DNA from: Azolla caroliniana
Taxonomy: Eukaryota > Plantae > Polypodiophyta
Direction of reading: 5' to 3'
DNA: 64,000 nt
NCBI GenBank assembly: GCA_043228905.1
Contig: JBHGNT010000017.1
Location: 8,370,001 to 8,434,000 of the forward strand
The notes beneath the pieces are model-generated. The model saw only the letters and a program-made list of their open reading frames with translations, was not told the DNA's origin and searched no databases. Shown piece by piece: positions 49,700 to 62,822 of the stretch; the first letter of the stretch is position 1, and every line of letters begins with the position of its first letter. Position numbers and translations under genes: made by a program.

Positions 49700-52282
49700 A
49701 AGAGGGAGAATTGTTCATGATAGCATCCCCTTACCCGATTCATTAGTATTCAATTTGTGATAGTCTTCTCTTGCGCAAAGTGCTAGGTGACCATCTTAGC
49801 AATTAGAGTGAATCATTTATGGTTGTTAGGGAGCAATTGTGGTTGTGGTGTAGTTTGAATTTGGCCTTGGATCACAATAACTACTAGTTAGTGCATAACC
49901 AAGCATAAATGTGTTAATTCAATGAGGACATCTTCATGTTTCGACACCCTTGCCTCCAACACCGGCTCCTTGGTCAGAGACCCCAGTGGTCCTGCCCTGT
50001 TTTGAGACATCCACGAGAAAATCCGCAACATCTTTGGTGAACCCGACGTGAAAGGGGCGGCAGAGGAGTTTGAAGATGAGGGGGAGTGAACTAGCAAAGG
50101 TGATGGCAGTGGCTGTCGACCGCATAGTAAATGTCTGGGAGAGTGTAGGTGGCCCCCACAAGGCCATAGAGATGATAGTCGGTACAACGTGCCAATTTAA
50201 TGGGAAGGACGTGTGTTGACCTAGTGAAGAGAAAGCGACTCTTGTTGGAGTTGAAGCTGGAGAAGCCAGTCAAAGTGAAGGCGGCCCACATCGAAGAGGT
50301 GACGATGGAAGGAGAGTTTCCGGATAGTCACTTCCTGAAGCCACACTCGGCGAGCACGACAACGGAGACCCCGGTTCGGATCGGGGATGTGAAGGAGCCG
50401 GTGGTAACATTGATCGACCACGGGTCAAAAATCAAGCTGATGTTGATGGACTTCTACAAGCAGGGGAAGTGGCCCATCAACACCAAGCACGGCTAGAAGA
50501 TACGTGCAACAACCCGCAAGACAGAGGAGCTTCACAGTGCATGCCTGACTGTCCGAGTGAAGGTTGAGGATGTCGAGATCGACCAACACTTCCTCGTGCA
50601 AGAGACATCCTCCCATCCGGTCATTTGCAACGAACCATACATCACGGCGGCTCGGATGGAGACAAAGGTGTTGGACAACGGTTCAACCTACACGAGGGTG
50701 AAGAGTTAGGATGGTTGGCACTCCGTCTAGTTCTTGATGGTCCGGGCGAACCACGAGCGAAATCGAGATTCTCTTGGCTGCGGAGGCAGGAGAGGATTTT
50801 TAGAGAGGGCTATCAAGGCGTGGGGCCATGATAGTCTAGACAACCGGAAGAAACCCCATACCTGTACCATAGGTAGGAAGTTTTGGTTCTCTGACAACGG
50901 AGGTTGTACCATAACTGGCATTGGTGGTTGGGAGAAAAGACAAGTCAAAAGGCGTTTGAAGGCTTGGACCCCGACGACTCAATAGGTTGCACCGTGGAGG
51001 CGGTCTTATTCGATTACACCCTTGGGAAGATTGAGAAGGTGATAGAAGAAGGCCTAAGCGAAGACTGGATGATTCCGTTCAATTCGGTCAAAATGTACAA
51101 AGTCATCGCGGACTTCGGGAGGATGGTCGGGTCGGATCAGACTACCCGAGTGGACATTAAGTACAAGACTATGTTTTGGAAGGTGAGGCCAGGTGTGGCA
51201 TCCTTGCCGGAGGACAGATGGGAGCGGATGAAAGGGGTCACGATTGACCCAAGTCTGCGAGATCCGGCTGGCATAGGACATTGGTTCACCGACAAGATGC
51301 TACGGGAGTTGAAGATTGGTGGGGGTGGCTTCGTACTGCCGACGGAGGAGGGTCGGTTTCGAGATGCTCAGAAGGCATGGGAAAGCCTTCACATTCTTGT
51401 TGGGGGAGATCAGGTGCGTTGACCCGATGATCGTAGAGTCAATGGTGATCTTCATGGTGCCGCATGTACCGTGGAATCTCAAGCCGATTCCGGTGCTGAG
51501 AGCTCACATCCTGAAGTTGATGGAGCTGCTCAAGGAGAAAGTGAGGATGGGGATTGTCGAACCGTCGAGTTCCCCTTATTCGAATTGGTGGTTTACGGCG
51601 CCGACGAAGAATGACACATTGCGCTTCATTTAGGACCTGTAGCCGGTCAACAAGGTGACCATTCGAAATGCAGGTGTAGGACCGACCATTGATGAGTTCA
51701 CGGAGGCCTTCGTCGGAAGGTCGATATACTTAGTCAATGACCTATACTCCAGGTACGACCAGTTCTAGCTAGCCGTGGAAAGTAGGGATATCACGACGAT
51801 GTGAACCACTCTCGGCCTAATTTGGATGTGTACCCTACCACAGGGTGGAACAAATTTGGTGGCACACATGGTGAACGCAATGAACAAAGTACTGAGGAAC
51901 TGCATCTCGGACATCACCACGCCATTTTTGGACGACATCCCGATCAAGGGATGTCTGGTGGACGTGAAGGACGGATCGATTGGAGCGGATGGATGCCGGA
52001 AGTTTGTCGCGAACCACATCTCCGACTGCGAGAAGATACTGCAGAGGCTTGAGGGTGCTCGACTTACCTTCTCCGGGGAGAAGTATGCTTTTAGACAATC
52101 TGAGATCTTGGTGGTCGGTCACCTATGTGGACCATATGGCCGGAAACCATCTCCGGCAAAGGTAGAAGCCATCTCGGCGATGAAGGAAGAGTGTAGGTTG
52201 GTCATGGAGGTCTGGCGGTTCCTAGGAGTGTGCGCCTTCTACCACATATGGATCCCGCATTACGTGCACATCGCCAAGCCGG
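49700..52282 (+). mobile_element. Second Trp-primed Gypsy copy (gag mostly deleted; protease and RT pseudogene), truncated
   Basis: LTR end at 50030, TCTT spacer, PBS TGGTGAACCCGACGTG 50035-50050; DHGS protease; LPQGGTN, FLDDIPIKG; colinear with 1-1827. Left boundary uncertain. Confidence 0.85.
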
Positions 52283-52789
52283 ATTGCAGCATGCTATGGT
52301 GTACCAGAAAAGTACTGTTTTTGGCCACAAAAAACGTCAGTTCTTTCGATACTGTTAGTACTAAATAATTGGAAAAAAATAGAGAAAAAAGAAATAGATT
52401 TTGGGGAGTGGGCTAAGGGTAGTACAATTGACATTTAAGACAAGGAGTGGGGGGAACACGTGAGGAGATGTTCTTTCCATTTTGGGGGCTATTTTCCCCT
52501 CACATGGGTTTGAACGTTTTTTGGCGCTTCCCCTCAAACCAACTCTTCTCCCTCTATCCCTTTGAGTTTCTTTGAGCTCTTCATCTCAGACATCCATGTC
52601 ATGTTTAGGGTTGTCCTCCCATCTCAAAGTTTTTGTTACGCATGTATATTGTTAGAGTGCGTAAACCCTATCTCAGATATTTGGGTGCTTCAACTCTAAA
52701 CATGTTTTAACACAAGAGTTGAGGCTTAGAGACCAATCTGACGCCTCTTATAACAACCATTAGTGACTTCTTCGAGAACGATTTCAAGC

Positions 52790-52980
52790 TTCTCCCACCG
52801 ATTTCAGTTTTCATCTCGTGGTGATTTGAGGCTTATTCCACCGAGTCGAGGATCCTTCCACCAAATCGAGGTAGAATATCACACAGATTCGAGGCTCCCT
52901 CCACCGATTTGAGGCATATTATCACTGAGATACGAGGCATCCTCCATCGATTTGAGGGTTTGTCCACGGATTAGAGGCAC
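52790..52980. repeat. Short dispersed repeats (ccaccgatttgagg-like), possibly subterminal repeats of a DNA transposon
   Basis: About 7-8 degenerate copies visible. Confidence 0.5.
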
Positions 52981-53432
52981 AATACCGCATTCATCTTCGT
53001 CACTTCTTCCACTCATTTGAAACTTCCGCCATTGTTTTTGAAAGTATTCCAATACTTGTTTGAGACTTCAAAAATCATTGATTTAATTGGTAAGCACTAG
53101 GGATCGGCAACGACTCGGTTCAAGCCTAAACTGTTTAGCTAAACCAGTTTAAAACGGCTTAGCGGCTCAGCTCGACTTAGGTTTCAGCTTGGTTTGTCTT
53201 GGCTTGAGCCTTTCCAAACTAGCTCAAGACGGTTAAGCCGTTTAGAAACTTGAGAGAGAGAGAGGGACGGAGACTACACAAACGAGGAGAGAGAGAGAGA
53301 GAGTGTGTGTGAGGGAGACTACACAAACGAGGGGAGAGAGAGAGAGGGAGACTACACCGAGGAGAGAGAGAGAGAGAAAGAGAGGGAGACTACACATAGG
53401 AGGGAGGGAGGGAGATAGGAGACCACACAGAC

Positions 53433-53467
<35 letters not shown>

Positions 53468-53568
53468 GAGGGAGCTTGTATATTACATAGTGGATCGTTA
53501 GAGATAGATAGATTATATTATCCACTTCGGAGGTCAAATATGACCTATGAGACCAAAAATATTACATT

Positions 53569-56500
53569 TCACATTATACGTGTGAAAGTGAGTAGTGACT
53601 CTCGATGTTCAAGAACTTTACCAATGAATGTTGCACTTGAGAGTGCACATTGTGGTTGTGAGAGGAATTCATGCAAAGATTGGGCTCGGTCGAAGAGATG
53701 TGGAAAGCATGGTCGAATATGATCAAAGGTAGAGCATTGTATCAAAGTGTGATACTCAAACTCGCGAACTTGTTTAGGGCAAAGTGTGCATAGCCGACCA
53801 CTCTCATCACTTGTGCCCCAACGCCCTGTTTCACATCGCAATGCATGTGAGCTAAGTCGCATGGAAGCAATGGTTCGAATGGCAGATAATGGTATGGGCT
53901 CTAACATGTGTCGATGTGTACGATTTCCCCGTTTTGCAAAGAATATGGTTTTGTAGTTAGGTGCAACATGTGTAGTATAATATGTGAAGCATGAGCCTCC
54001 ACATTTGTCCCATGTCATGATACATTGGCGTTGCAAAAAGGCCTCATTTATAGAGGAATCTAATGATGCATCATGAAGCAAGTGTCTTGCATCCCATCTA
54101 CCAAACCATTTTTCTATATCTTGCATCCAACCAGAACACAAAATTTTGCTTTTATGTGTCTTTTGGATCTTTTTGCTTGCTTCCCATGCAATTCTAGGAA
54201 GTCGATGTGAGGAACATTTTTGAACCTTAAGCATGTATTCAACAACCCTAGCCATGGCCATGATCTCAATGGGAAGCGATCCTGTCTCAAGGAGGAGGGT
54301 GTAGGGCGTTTGTTTCTTAACGTGTAGAAACTTTGTAAGAAAATGTTTTTGGATATTTTCAAACTCTTTCCATATAGATTTAGGGATGCTACCACCCCAT
54401 ACTTCCACCGCATAGAGAAGAACCGGTGTCACCAAAGTGTCGAAAAGATATTTCATCACGACCCAACACTTAATATCTCCAAGATTGCATGTGTTCTCAA
54501 ATGCATAGTATGCTCGCTTACCCGCCACTAAGCGGCGTGTAGCACATTCATTCCATCTATGATGTGAAGGAACTTCAAGGCCAAGATATTTGAAGCTTTC
54601 CACACATTCAAGTGGCTCATTGTTGTACATAATGCATGGTTTATCTCTTTTTTGGCTCTTCACAAGCATAATCTTTATTTTAGAGCTATTGACACTTAAT
54701 TTAGTATGCATGCAAATTTTTTCCAATGCCTTCATAAGCTTTTGTGCATCTCCTAAAGTATTTGCAAAAAGCACTACATCATCTGCATATAGCAAAAGCA
54801 TAATCACAACATTCCCAATGACAACTTCTTCAACACATTCTTCCTTTGCAAACTTGGTAACCATTTCTTCCAATTCATCAATGCATAGACCGAATAGTGT
54901 TGGTGAGAGTGGGCATCCTTCCTTAACACTAATAGTGCTTTTGAAAAAAATCTGAAAGTTTATCTCTCATGCGCACACAACATAAAACTTTCTCATAAAT
55001 TCGGGAAATTGCAAGCATATATTCACTTGGCATCTCAAGTTCTTCCATTCGCCTCCAAAGATGCTCACGAGGTACCATATCAAAAGCTTTCTTGAAGTCT
55101 ACAAAGCAACAGTATAAACCTTTACCTCTAAGGTGACTTTCCTCCATTAATACTCGAAGGGTGATAAGGTGATCAATGGTGCTATGGTGTTTCCGAAAGC
55201 CAACTTGTCCATAAGCTCTCTTACCACTTTTTTAGCCCATACACTTATCTTTGATTCCATTATACATCCAAATAGTTTTGCCATTAATGAGCCAACCATG
55301 ATGGTTCGATAGTTGTTTGCATTATTTATATCTCCACCTTTATGTAAAGGTTTGATCCAATTTGTAGTCTAATCGTACGACATACCATGTTGCAATGCAT
55401 CATTAAACATATCGCTTATCCATATATGTGCTTCCTTTCCTATCCATTTGACCATTTTGGCCTTTATACATTGAGGATCGCTTGCCTTTTGAGAGGCCAA
55501 TTTCTTAAGTCCTATGCATATATCTTCAATTGTAAAGAAGGGAGGCATATGTGAAAGGGAACCATAACACGTCATCTTTCCGGCAAGAGATAACTCATAT
55601 AAATTCTTACAATGCATAGACAAGTCGTGAAGAGTTAAGTCACCATAACTCTTAACACGTTTCCCCTTTAGATTTCCCCAAAATTTAGCACATGCATGTG
55701 CTTTCTCTTGCATTTGGATAAATTGTTGAGTAACTTCCCATATTCTTCTCTTTCTTTGAATAAGCCTTTTATACTCATGCAACTGCTTTTGGTAATTCTC
55801 TTTATCCTTAACTACATCTAAAACCATAAGGCACTTTCGAGCTTCACGACATTCTTTATTAAACCATTTTTTCCTAAGTTTCTTGGTGCATTTCCAAGAT
55901 GTGCGGTTGGTCGAAAAACATTTGTTTGTATAGGAGAGAATGACTTTCTTGAAAGCTTCCCATTTGCATTCTAGTGTGGCACCATGTTGTATCTTTGTCA
56001 TTTGTAACATATCCTCAACCATCTTGGAATACATGGGTGCTCGCTTAAGGTTCATGCTCAAGTGCGGTTGTTTATGATCTTCAATAGCCTTCTCACAATC
56101 AAACCTATGCATACATTTGAGATCAATACATAAAGGCCTATGATTGGATTCCGGTGTCCATTCACCAAGTGAGAATTTATGTATACGATCCAAAATACCT
56201 TCGGAAAGTAGCACATAGTCAATCACACTATTTCCGTTGTGTTTTCTACATGTAAAACCATTAGTTTTGGGCCATAAGGAAATACCATTTGCAATAAGCA
56301 ATTCGGTACTATTGCACATTTGTAGGAGTAACTTCCCAAATTGGTCCAGATCTTTTTCATCGCTAGAAGAGCGGTTATACATTTGCATATCCTCTTGCAT
56401 CCTTGAGATATGTGGCACGAAAATTTCTTGTGAATCAAGTTGGAAACTTCTTGTACGAGCATTCATGTCACCAAAGACAATAACTTCCCCTTTGGATTTG

Positions 56501-56904
56501 AAATAAGCAATATCATCTTCTAGATTGGCAAACGGTTGATCTTTATCCAAACAAGCATAACAGTTAGAATCTTGATGAGGAATGTAACATCCAACTACAA
56601 AAGTGGGCAAATCATTAGGTGTTTCTATTTTGAGCCATATGTAACATTTATTTTCATCATTTTTTATGATTGACACATATTTCTCTATTTCCTTCTTAAT
56701 CAAACATGCCACCCCTCCTTGTCCTCTTCTTTGTCTTGGATTTTTCTTCCATATCAAAGATTGTATATTATAGTTTCCTAAACCTTGAATCCTTTGAGTA
56801 TCATGCTCCCATGTTTCAACAAGAAGTGTGATATCCGAGTCATTAGTAACTCCTCTATGCCAAATCCCGCATTCCATGGGTATCCATTGCAATTCCAAAA
56901 GCAT
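53569..56904 (-). pseudogene. LINE ORF2 (APE endonuclease, RT), frameshifted
   Basis: LVETW, GGVA, GDMNAR, SVIDY, SNHRP; FVDFKKAFDMV, GCPLSPTLF, LLYADD, FKYLG; SHALRCETGRW..C..C..EYH...C. Confidence 0.92.
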
Positions 56905-56945
56905 AGTCGTAAAAGGCGTGGGTTAGTCTCATAGATCACGTGTCC

Positions 56946-57650
56946 CTATTTGCCTACATTTCCATCTTTAGGCACATCCTTAACGTTATTTTTCAATCTT
57001 TCTTCATATGCTTTACGACAAGCATTTTGTTGTGAGATAATACGATCTTCACTCACAAAGCATTGCGTACCTTTGAGGTATACCCAACTATTTTCGAGTA
57101 TGATTCGCCGCTTTGTATCATCTGTCATTGTGCATACTATAGGCCTTTCTCCGGAGCGAGTAACACAATGTTTCCCAACTCGGTGTGCCCCATATACATT
57201 CACATCTGACATCCCATAATGCATGCTAAAAAATTCACCAATGGCCTTTCCAAGGGATGCGGGTGTTTCCATACTCTCTTCTTTAATCCCACGGATGACA
57301 ATGTTCTTTGATCTTCATTCACGTTCTTTCAATTCTCGGACATCTATGCTTTCTATATTCTTTTCTTGATGTATCACATGCATATTAGATGAGTTTGATA
57401 GCACATCCCCACCACATACATCGGCCCATGACTTCGTTGTACATACATTTTTCATCTCACTTACATCCCGCCTCATCGTGTCCAAATTTTCTTCTTTTAA
57501 TGCTTCCTTTAACTCAATCTTGTTAAGGCGATCATTTGTTTCGAAAGAAGCTCTTTTACATTCTTGAATCTCTTCTTGAAGTTTTGCAACCACTTGTTTA
57601 AGACTTTCATTCTCAATCACAACACTTTGGAGCTTAGCATTCTCTTTCAT
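56946..57650 (-). pseudogene. LINE ORF1 (coiled coil plus RRM-like), one stop
   Basis: Coiled-coil ORF 57315-57650, then NIVIRGI, AHRVGK, RPIVCT, LKGTQCFVSED. Confidence 0.8.
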
Positions 57651-58189
57651 TAACGTCCTATCTCTTCACCTTGCTTGTTTGAAAGAGAGAGAGAGAGAGA
57701 AAGGGAGAGAGGGGGGGGGGGGGGGGACTACATAGACATGAGAGAGAGAGGGTTTGACAAACCTGTTTCTAAGCAAGTTTCCAAGCCGTTTCCCAAACCG
57801 GGTCACAAACTAGTTTAGGGATCGGTTTGGTTTGGTTCAGGTTTGAGAACCCTAAAACGATTTAGACTTAACCGGTTTGGCTTGGATAAGGCCAAACCGA
57901 CTAAGCCTAAACCGAATCATTGCCGATCCCTAGTAAGTACCCTTTTTCTTAATTTTGACATTTTCAGAATTCTATAATTTCATATTCGGAAATCTATTTT
58001 TTCATTTTCAGAAATTTGTGAATAAAGAAATGATTATTTGTCATTTTCGAAACGTATTTCTAATGTCCACAACGAATGATTTCTCACTTTGCATGCCACA
58101 TTTAAAAACATTTGACTGTGATTTCTTTGCGTAGTCTATATAAGATTAACTATTCTCGCAAGACACTTTATGTTTTTTGATAAATCTAG

Positions 58190-61100
58190 TGACAATGATA
58201 GTCCCCGACGAGAGCGAGTTGTCAAGTAACTCATGTATATTCAAAAGGACCAAGAGACGAGTGGTTCTTCACATAGTCCATTATTTGCTAGAAATAATGA
58301 AGAGATTTAGTGAGGAGGATCATAGGGATATTATATGTAGAGTGTTACACCATCAACGTCTGAATGAAGACATGGTGAGAATAAAATTTAGGGTCTATGA
58401 AGTCATCCCTAGATTTAGTGAAAGGTGTAGAGAGCATAGACAAACTTGCTGCAATGAGGGCAACCCTACACATGGCTGTGAACAATGCGAGAAAAAAAAA
58501 TAGTGATACTAAAGTTGCCTTAGCCCTAGGTATTCAAAGAAGGAACTTGAGGAAACATCGCAGAAATATACACTCAAGTCAATTCAAGTGGGTGGGGTTA
58601 GGACATAGATGACAATGTGATGCCTTGTCTCAAAAGATTATTGAGAAAGTAGATTCATTTTGGGCTAAAAATATGCATGTCTCACCAAATAAGAAGGACG
58701 TGTGTAGACAACGAATAACTTGGGGTAAGTACCAGATTTACCCTAGACACTTGTTGGAGAGGACTGAGATATTCCATTTTTTTATATCCATTCACATTCC
58801 ATAAGTATTTGTTTTGACCAAGTGTATATTAATGATTGCTCTATATTGGCTGATGTAGGCTGAATTGTACATGAACTTCAAAGACCAACATCCAGGCATC
58901 ACTCTTGGATTTTGCAAGTTCTAAGGTTTGAAACCATATTATGTTAGAAAATTAAATGAGAGGAATACATGTTGTTGTGTGTACCACATGAAAATGGACA
59001 TGTTAAGGCTTGGAGTGAATGCAATGCATACTGATTCTAAGGGTATACACAGGGAATTATGTGTTTGCACTTGTGAGGTTTGTAGACCAAATGGGGAGGA
59101 TAATAGTGTAATGCACGAAACATGACTTATGCATCCGTTTCTGAGTTATGGAGGTCTTATGTTTGTGAAAAAGAACCATCATGTGAGTGGCATCGTCGTA
59201 CATGTCTTTTAAGAACATGTAAGGTTTTCCTGCTACCATTATTTTGTAAACAGGAACTTGATGTGGGAAACAATCATATTGTAAAATGGAAATATTTAGA
59301 GTATGTGATTGAAAATATCAGCAAGGAACTTGATAGTAAGCGTATCAAGGAAGTATATAAGGAGACATATCCTACTACCCTTGTCTCAGAATTTACGAAA
59401 CAACTTGGGGAGTTCATTCCACATAACTTCAGGAGTTATTGGCAAAATTTACAGTTCAAGGAATGTATTAATAACTTACCACCGGGTGTCATGCTATTCG
59501 TTATTGACTTTGCCAAAAACTATACATTTAAAGTTCAAAATGAGGTTCAATCAATGCATTGGTACAATGATCAATGTACAATACTTGTACATATTTGCTA
59601 TTGGAGACAAGACGGTGAGTCACATAAGAAATCAATATTTTACATTTCGGATGATAAAAAGCATGATACACTATTTGTTCAACATTGTTTAAAGCTTTAC
59701 CATGCAGATTTATTGTCTCTATGTGTTAGCTTTAACCGCCATTGGCTCTAGTCTGATGGTGTTGCCTTGCAGTTTAAGGCAGCACGATCGTTCTACTTTA
59801 TCGTCAGGTAATTTTTAATCCATATGTTTAGTACTTATAATGCAATGTCTAAGGAAGTAATACTTTCATGCTCATCCTTCATATGAATAAGTTCTACGTG
59901 TTGTAATTCTCATACTTGTTGGGTTCAAAGTTAACATCTTAGTATGGTACTCCCTATTACTAATTGTCCACACACTAACTGTTTTAGTATTCTTGCAAGA
60001 CAAGTGGGTATTCTCCTATCATGTCCCCTCCAACTTAGTTCTGTCCGCCCTTGTGCATGAATACTATTTTATGTTTTAAGCTACATAAATAACTCTTGAT
60101 AGACAACACAATACTATTCAAATGGATGCATGCATACTAATTATGTTTGTAACCATGCTAAGCATTCTTGATTGATCACATAGTACTGTCCTTTCATGTG
60201 AATCTGTGATGATTATCTTTTAATCCATGTAGAGTGTTCTTCGTAGACACATTGTACTGTGTTGTGTGTTTTATCTGTACTAAATCAATATTAATGGATG
60301 CAAAGTACTCGTCATTGACAACATAATATTGTCCGTTCTTAAGAGTTTGTACTAAATATCTTTTAATCCATGTAGAATGTTCTCCATGGACACATTGTAC
60401 TATGCTTTGTGTTGTATCTGTACTAAATCAGTATTAATGGTTTGAAAATTGTGTTGTATTTGTACTAAATCAATATTAATGGATGCAAAGTACTCGTCAT
60501 TGACAACATAATATTGTCCGTTCTTAAGAGTTTGTACTAAATATCTTTTAATCCATGTAGAATGTTCTCCATGGACACATTGTACTATGCTTTGTGTTGT
60601 ATCTGTACTAAATCAGTATTAATGGTTTGAAAAGTACTCATGAATGACAACATAGTATTGTCCATTCACGTGAGTCCCGGTTCAATTATCTTCTATTCCA
60701 GTACTAAATCAATATTAATGGATGTAAAGTACTCTTGGTTGACAACATAATACTATTTATCTTTTAATCGGTGTAGAGTGTTCTCCATGGATACATTGTA
60801 TTGTGCTTTGTTTTGTATTCGTACTAAATCAGTATTAATGGATGTAAAGTACTCTTGATTGACAATGTAGTACTGCCCATTCGTGTGAGTCTATACTAAT
60901 TATCTTTTACTTGTTAATATTACTACATGTACTTCGTACAATACTTGTACACTGTATCATCCTTTCAACTGTATCCATACTAATTATAAATTATGTTTCT
61001 GTCGAAGTATTGTTACTAATGTTTGTTGGAAACCTGGGATGCAAAAGCAAGTACTTCTCCTTATTCAACATTCGTATGCAATGGAACTACTTTGGGCCAG

Positions 61101-61477
61101 GACATGCAAAAGGAGAGAATGATGGCGCAAGGGTTGTGATCAAATGTGCTCTTACAAGTGAGTAGTTGGATAGTAATGGTGCTAAGTTACAAAATGCACA
61201 TGATGTTGTGGAGTGGCTAACATGGAAGATATCAAATGATGGTAAGAACAGATTATTTATTGAGGTTTGTGCTGATGAGGTGGATAGAACTAAATCATAT
61301 GGTTGCAAAACTGTGAAAGGCACACACAACACCCATTGTGTTTTAGGGTTTAGCCGCAAGGACACAACACAATTATTACTCCGTACTTTATCATGCTTTT
61401 GTTCCATGTGTATAGATGAAGCTTGGGATGAATGCATCAACCTTGAAAGACACACCCACCGCAATAATCTACTTTGA
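58190..61477 (+). pseudogene. Intron-containing DDE/D transposase, Sola2-like
   Basis: TCCCVYH, Cys-rich region, DFAKNY..QNEVQSMHW, SDDKKHD, SDG...QFK, WNYFGPGHAKGENDG; probable intron from GT ~59808 to ~61040. Superfamily call is from recalled motifs. Confidence 0.7.
60210..60900. repeat. Degenerate tandem repeats in the transposase intron, including a near-exact 185-bp-period duplication
   Basis: tgtactaaatcaatattaatggatgc starts at 60276 and 60461; further variants to ~60900. Confidence 0.85.
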
Positions 61478-62117
61478 TGCCATTATTGCGATCAAGTTCA
61501 ATATGACTCAAGCATAACACAAGGTTAAGGGATACAACATTGTCTACAAAGGTCCCCCAAGAGGTTCATGAGCACATATTGGGGGAGGTCTCTCTGTTTA
61601 ATGTTTGAAAGTTTCACTATTAATACATTGTAACTTTGGCAACTGAAAAACATCCTCTTGTGTTTTTATTTGTATCTAGATCGATTATTAATTTTGATGA
61701 TTGACAAGTGAATCGATATATTTCGTCTTTCTTCTAAAGCGTTTCTAGTAATTATCGAGCTTCTTTTGTAAGTGTTCATGGTAATTATAGAGTTGCTTGT
61801 TTCTAATCCCTATTGCATGAAGTCTTTATTCAAGTATCAATACTTAGTAACATCAATACGGCCCAAACTTATTCAAGTATCAATACTAGTAGTATCAACA
61901 AGTATCAATCTTAATAGTAAGTATTTCTTGTAATTATAGTAGTAAATGTTTTTAGTAATTATAGAGTTTTTTTATTTCTAATCCCTATTTTGTTAAGTCT
62001 CTATTAAACTCTATCGATGTGCATTCAAGGAGACCATACTTCAGAAGTATCAATACAACCCAAACTTATTATAATATACATATTAGTTTATTACAAGCAC
62101 ACATATTTATCAGTATA

Positions 62118-62550
62118 CATACATAGTAGTCTCCCAATGTATCTCAGTTAGACGGATATATATGTCTTAGTTTAGTACTAATATGAATGTCAAATGTTCA
62201 CTAATACATAGTTACAGTCTCCCAACGTATCTCGGTTAGACAGATATATACATGTCAGTTTAGTACTAATATGAATGTCAAATGTTCACTAACACATAGT
62301 AATCTCCCAAAGTATCTCTGTTAGACGGATGTATATATCTCAATTTAGTACTAATATGAATGTCAAATGTTCACTAATACATAGTAGTCTCCCATAGTAT
62401 CTCAATTAGACGGATATATATATCTCACTTTAGTATTAATATGAATGTCAAATGTTCACTAATGCATAGTAGTCCCCCATAGTATTTCAGTTAGACGGAT
62501 ATATATATCTCAGTTTAGTATTAATATGAATGTGAAATGTTCACTAATAC
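62118..62550. repeat. ~85-bp tandem repeat, 5 copies
   Basis: Unit atacatagtagtctccc...ttagacggatatata...atgaatgtcaaatgttcacta; starts at 62291, 62376 and 62461. Confidence 0.92.
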
Positions 62551-62822
62551 ACAGACGGAGGTAGTATTTGATTTGAAATCAACACAATCATGGTTGCACG
62601 ACAATTGACAATTGTCAACATTCTCATTCTCTACAATTACCAATATAGCATTTCACATTACATTAACAACCCTAGATGAGTGAACTGGAGTCAATACAAC
62701 ATTTCACATTAGCAATTTAGATAGTAGTTTGGTATTACAAATTGTTCAAGTACAGACATCACTAACAGTTCAACCGTAGTTCAAGTACAAACTTCTCAAT
62801 AGAAAGACAATCAGGCACCATT

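Larger units (their letters stand above)
53476..57682 (-). mobile_element. Near full-length LINE (RTEX/CR1-group-like) inserted in GA repeats
   Basis: ORF1 followed by an ORF2 with APE, RT and C-terminal CCHC; both flanks are (GA)n. Ends approximate. Confidence 0.88.
53098..57932. mobile_element. hAT-type non-autonomous element carrying a LINE
   Basis: TIR TAGGGATCGGCAA(C/T)GA at both ends; 8-bp TSD GTAAGCAC/GTAAGTAC; subterminal aaaccg-like motifs. Confidence 0.88.

Noticed and set aside
47300-49700. AT-rich region possibly holding old TE remnants
   Set aside because: No motifs, termini or ORFs that I could support.
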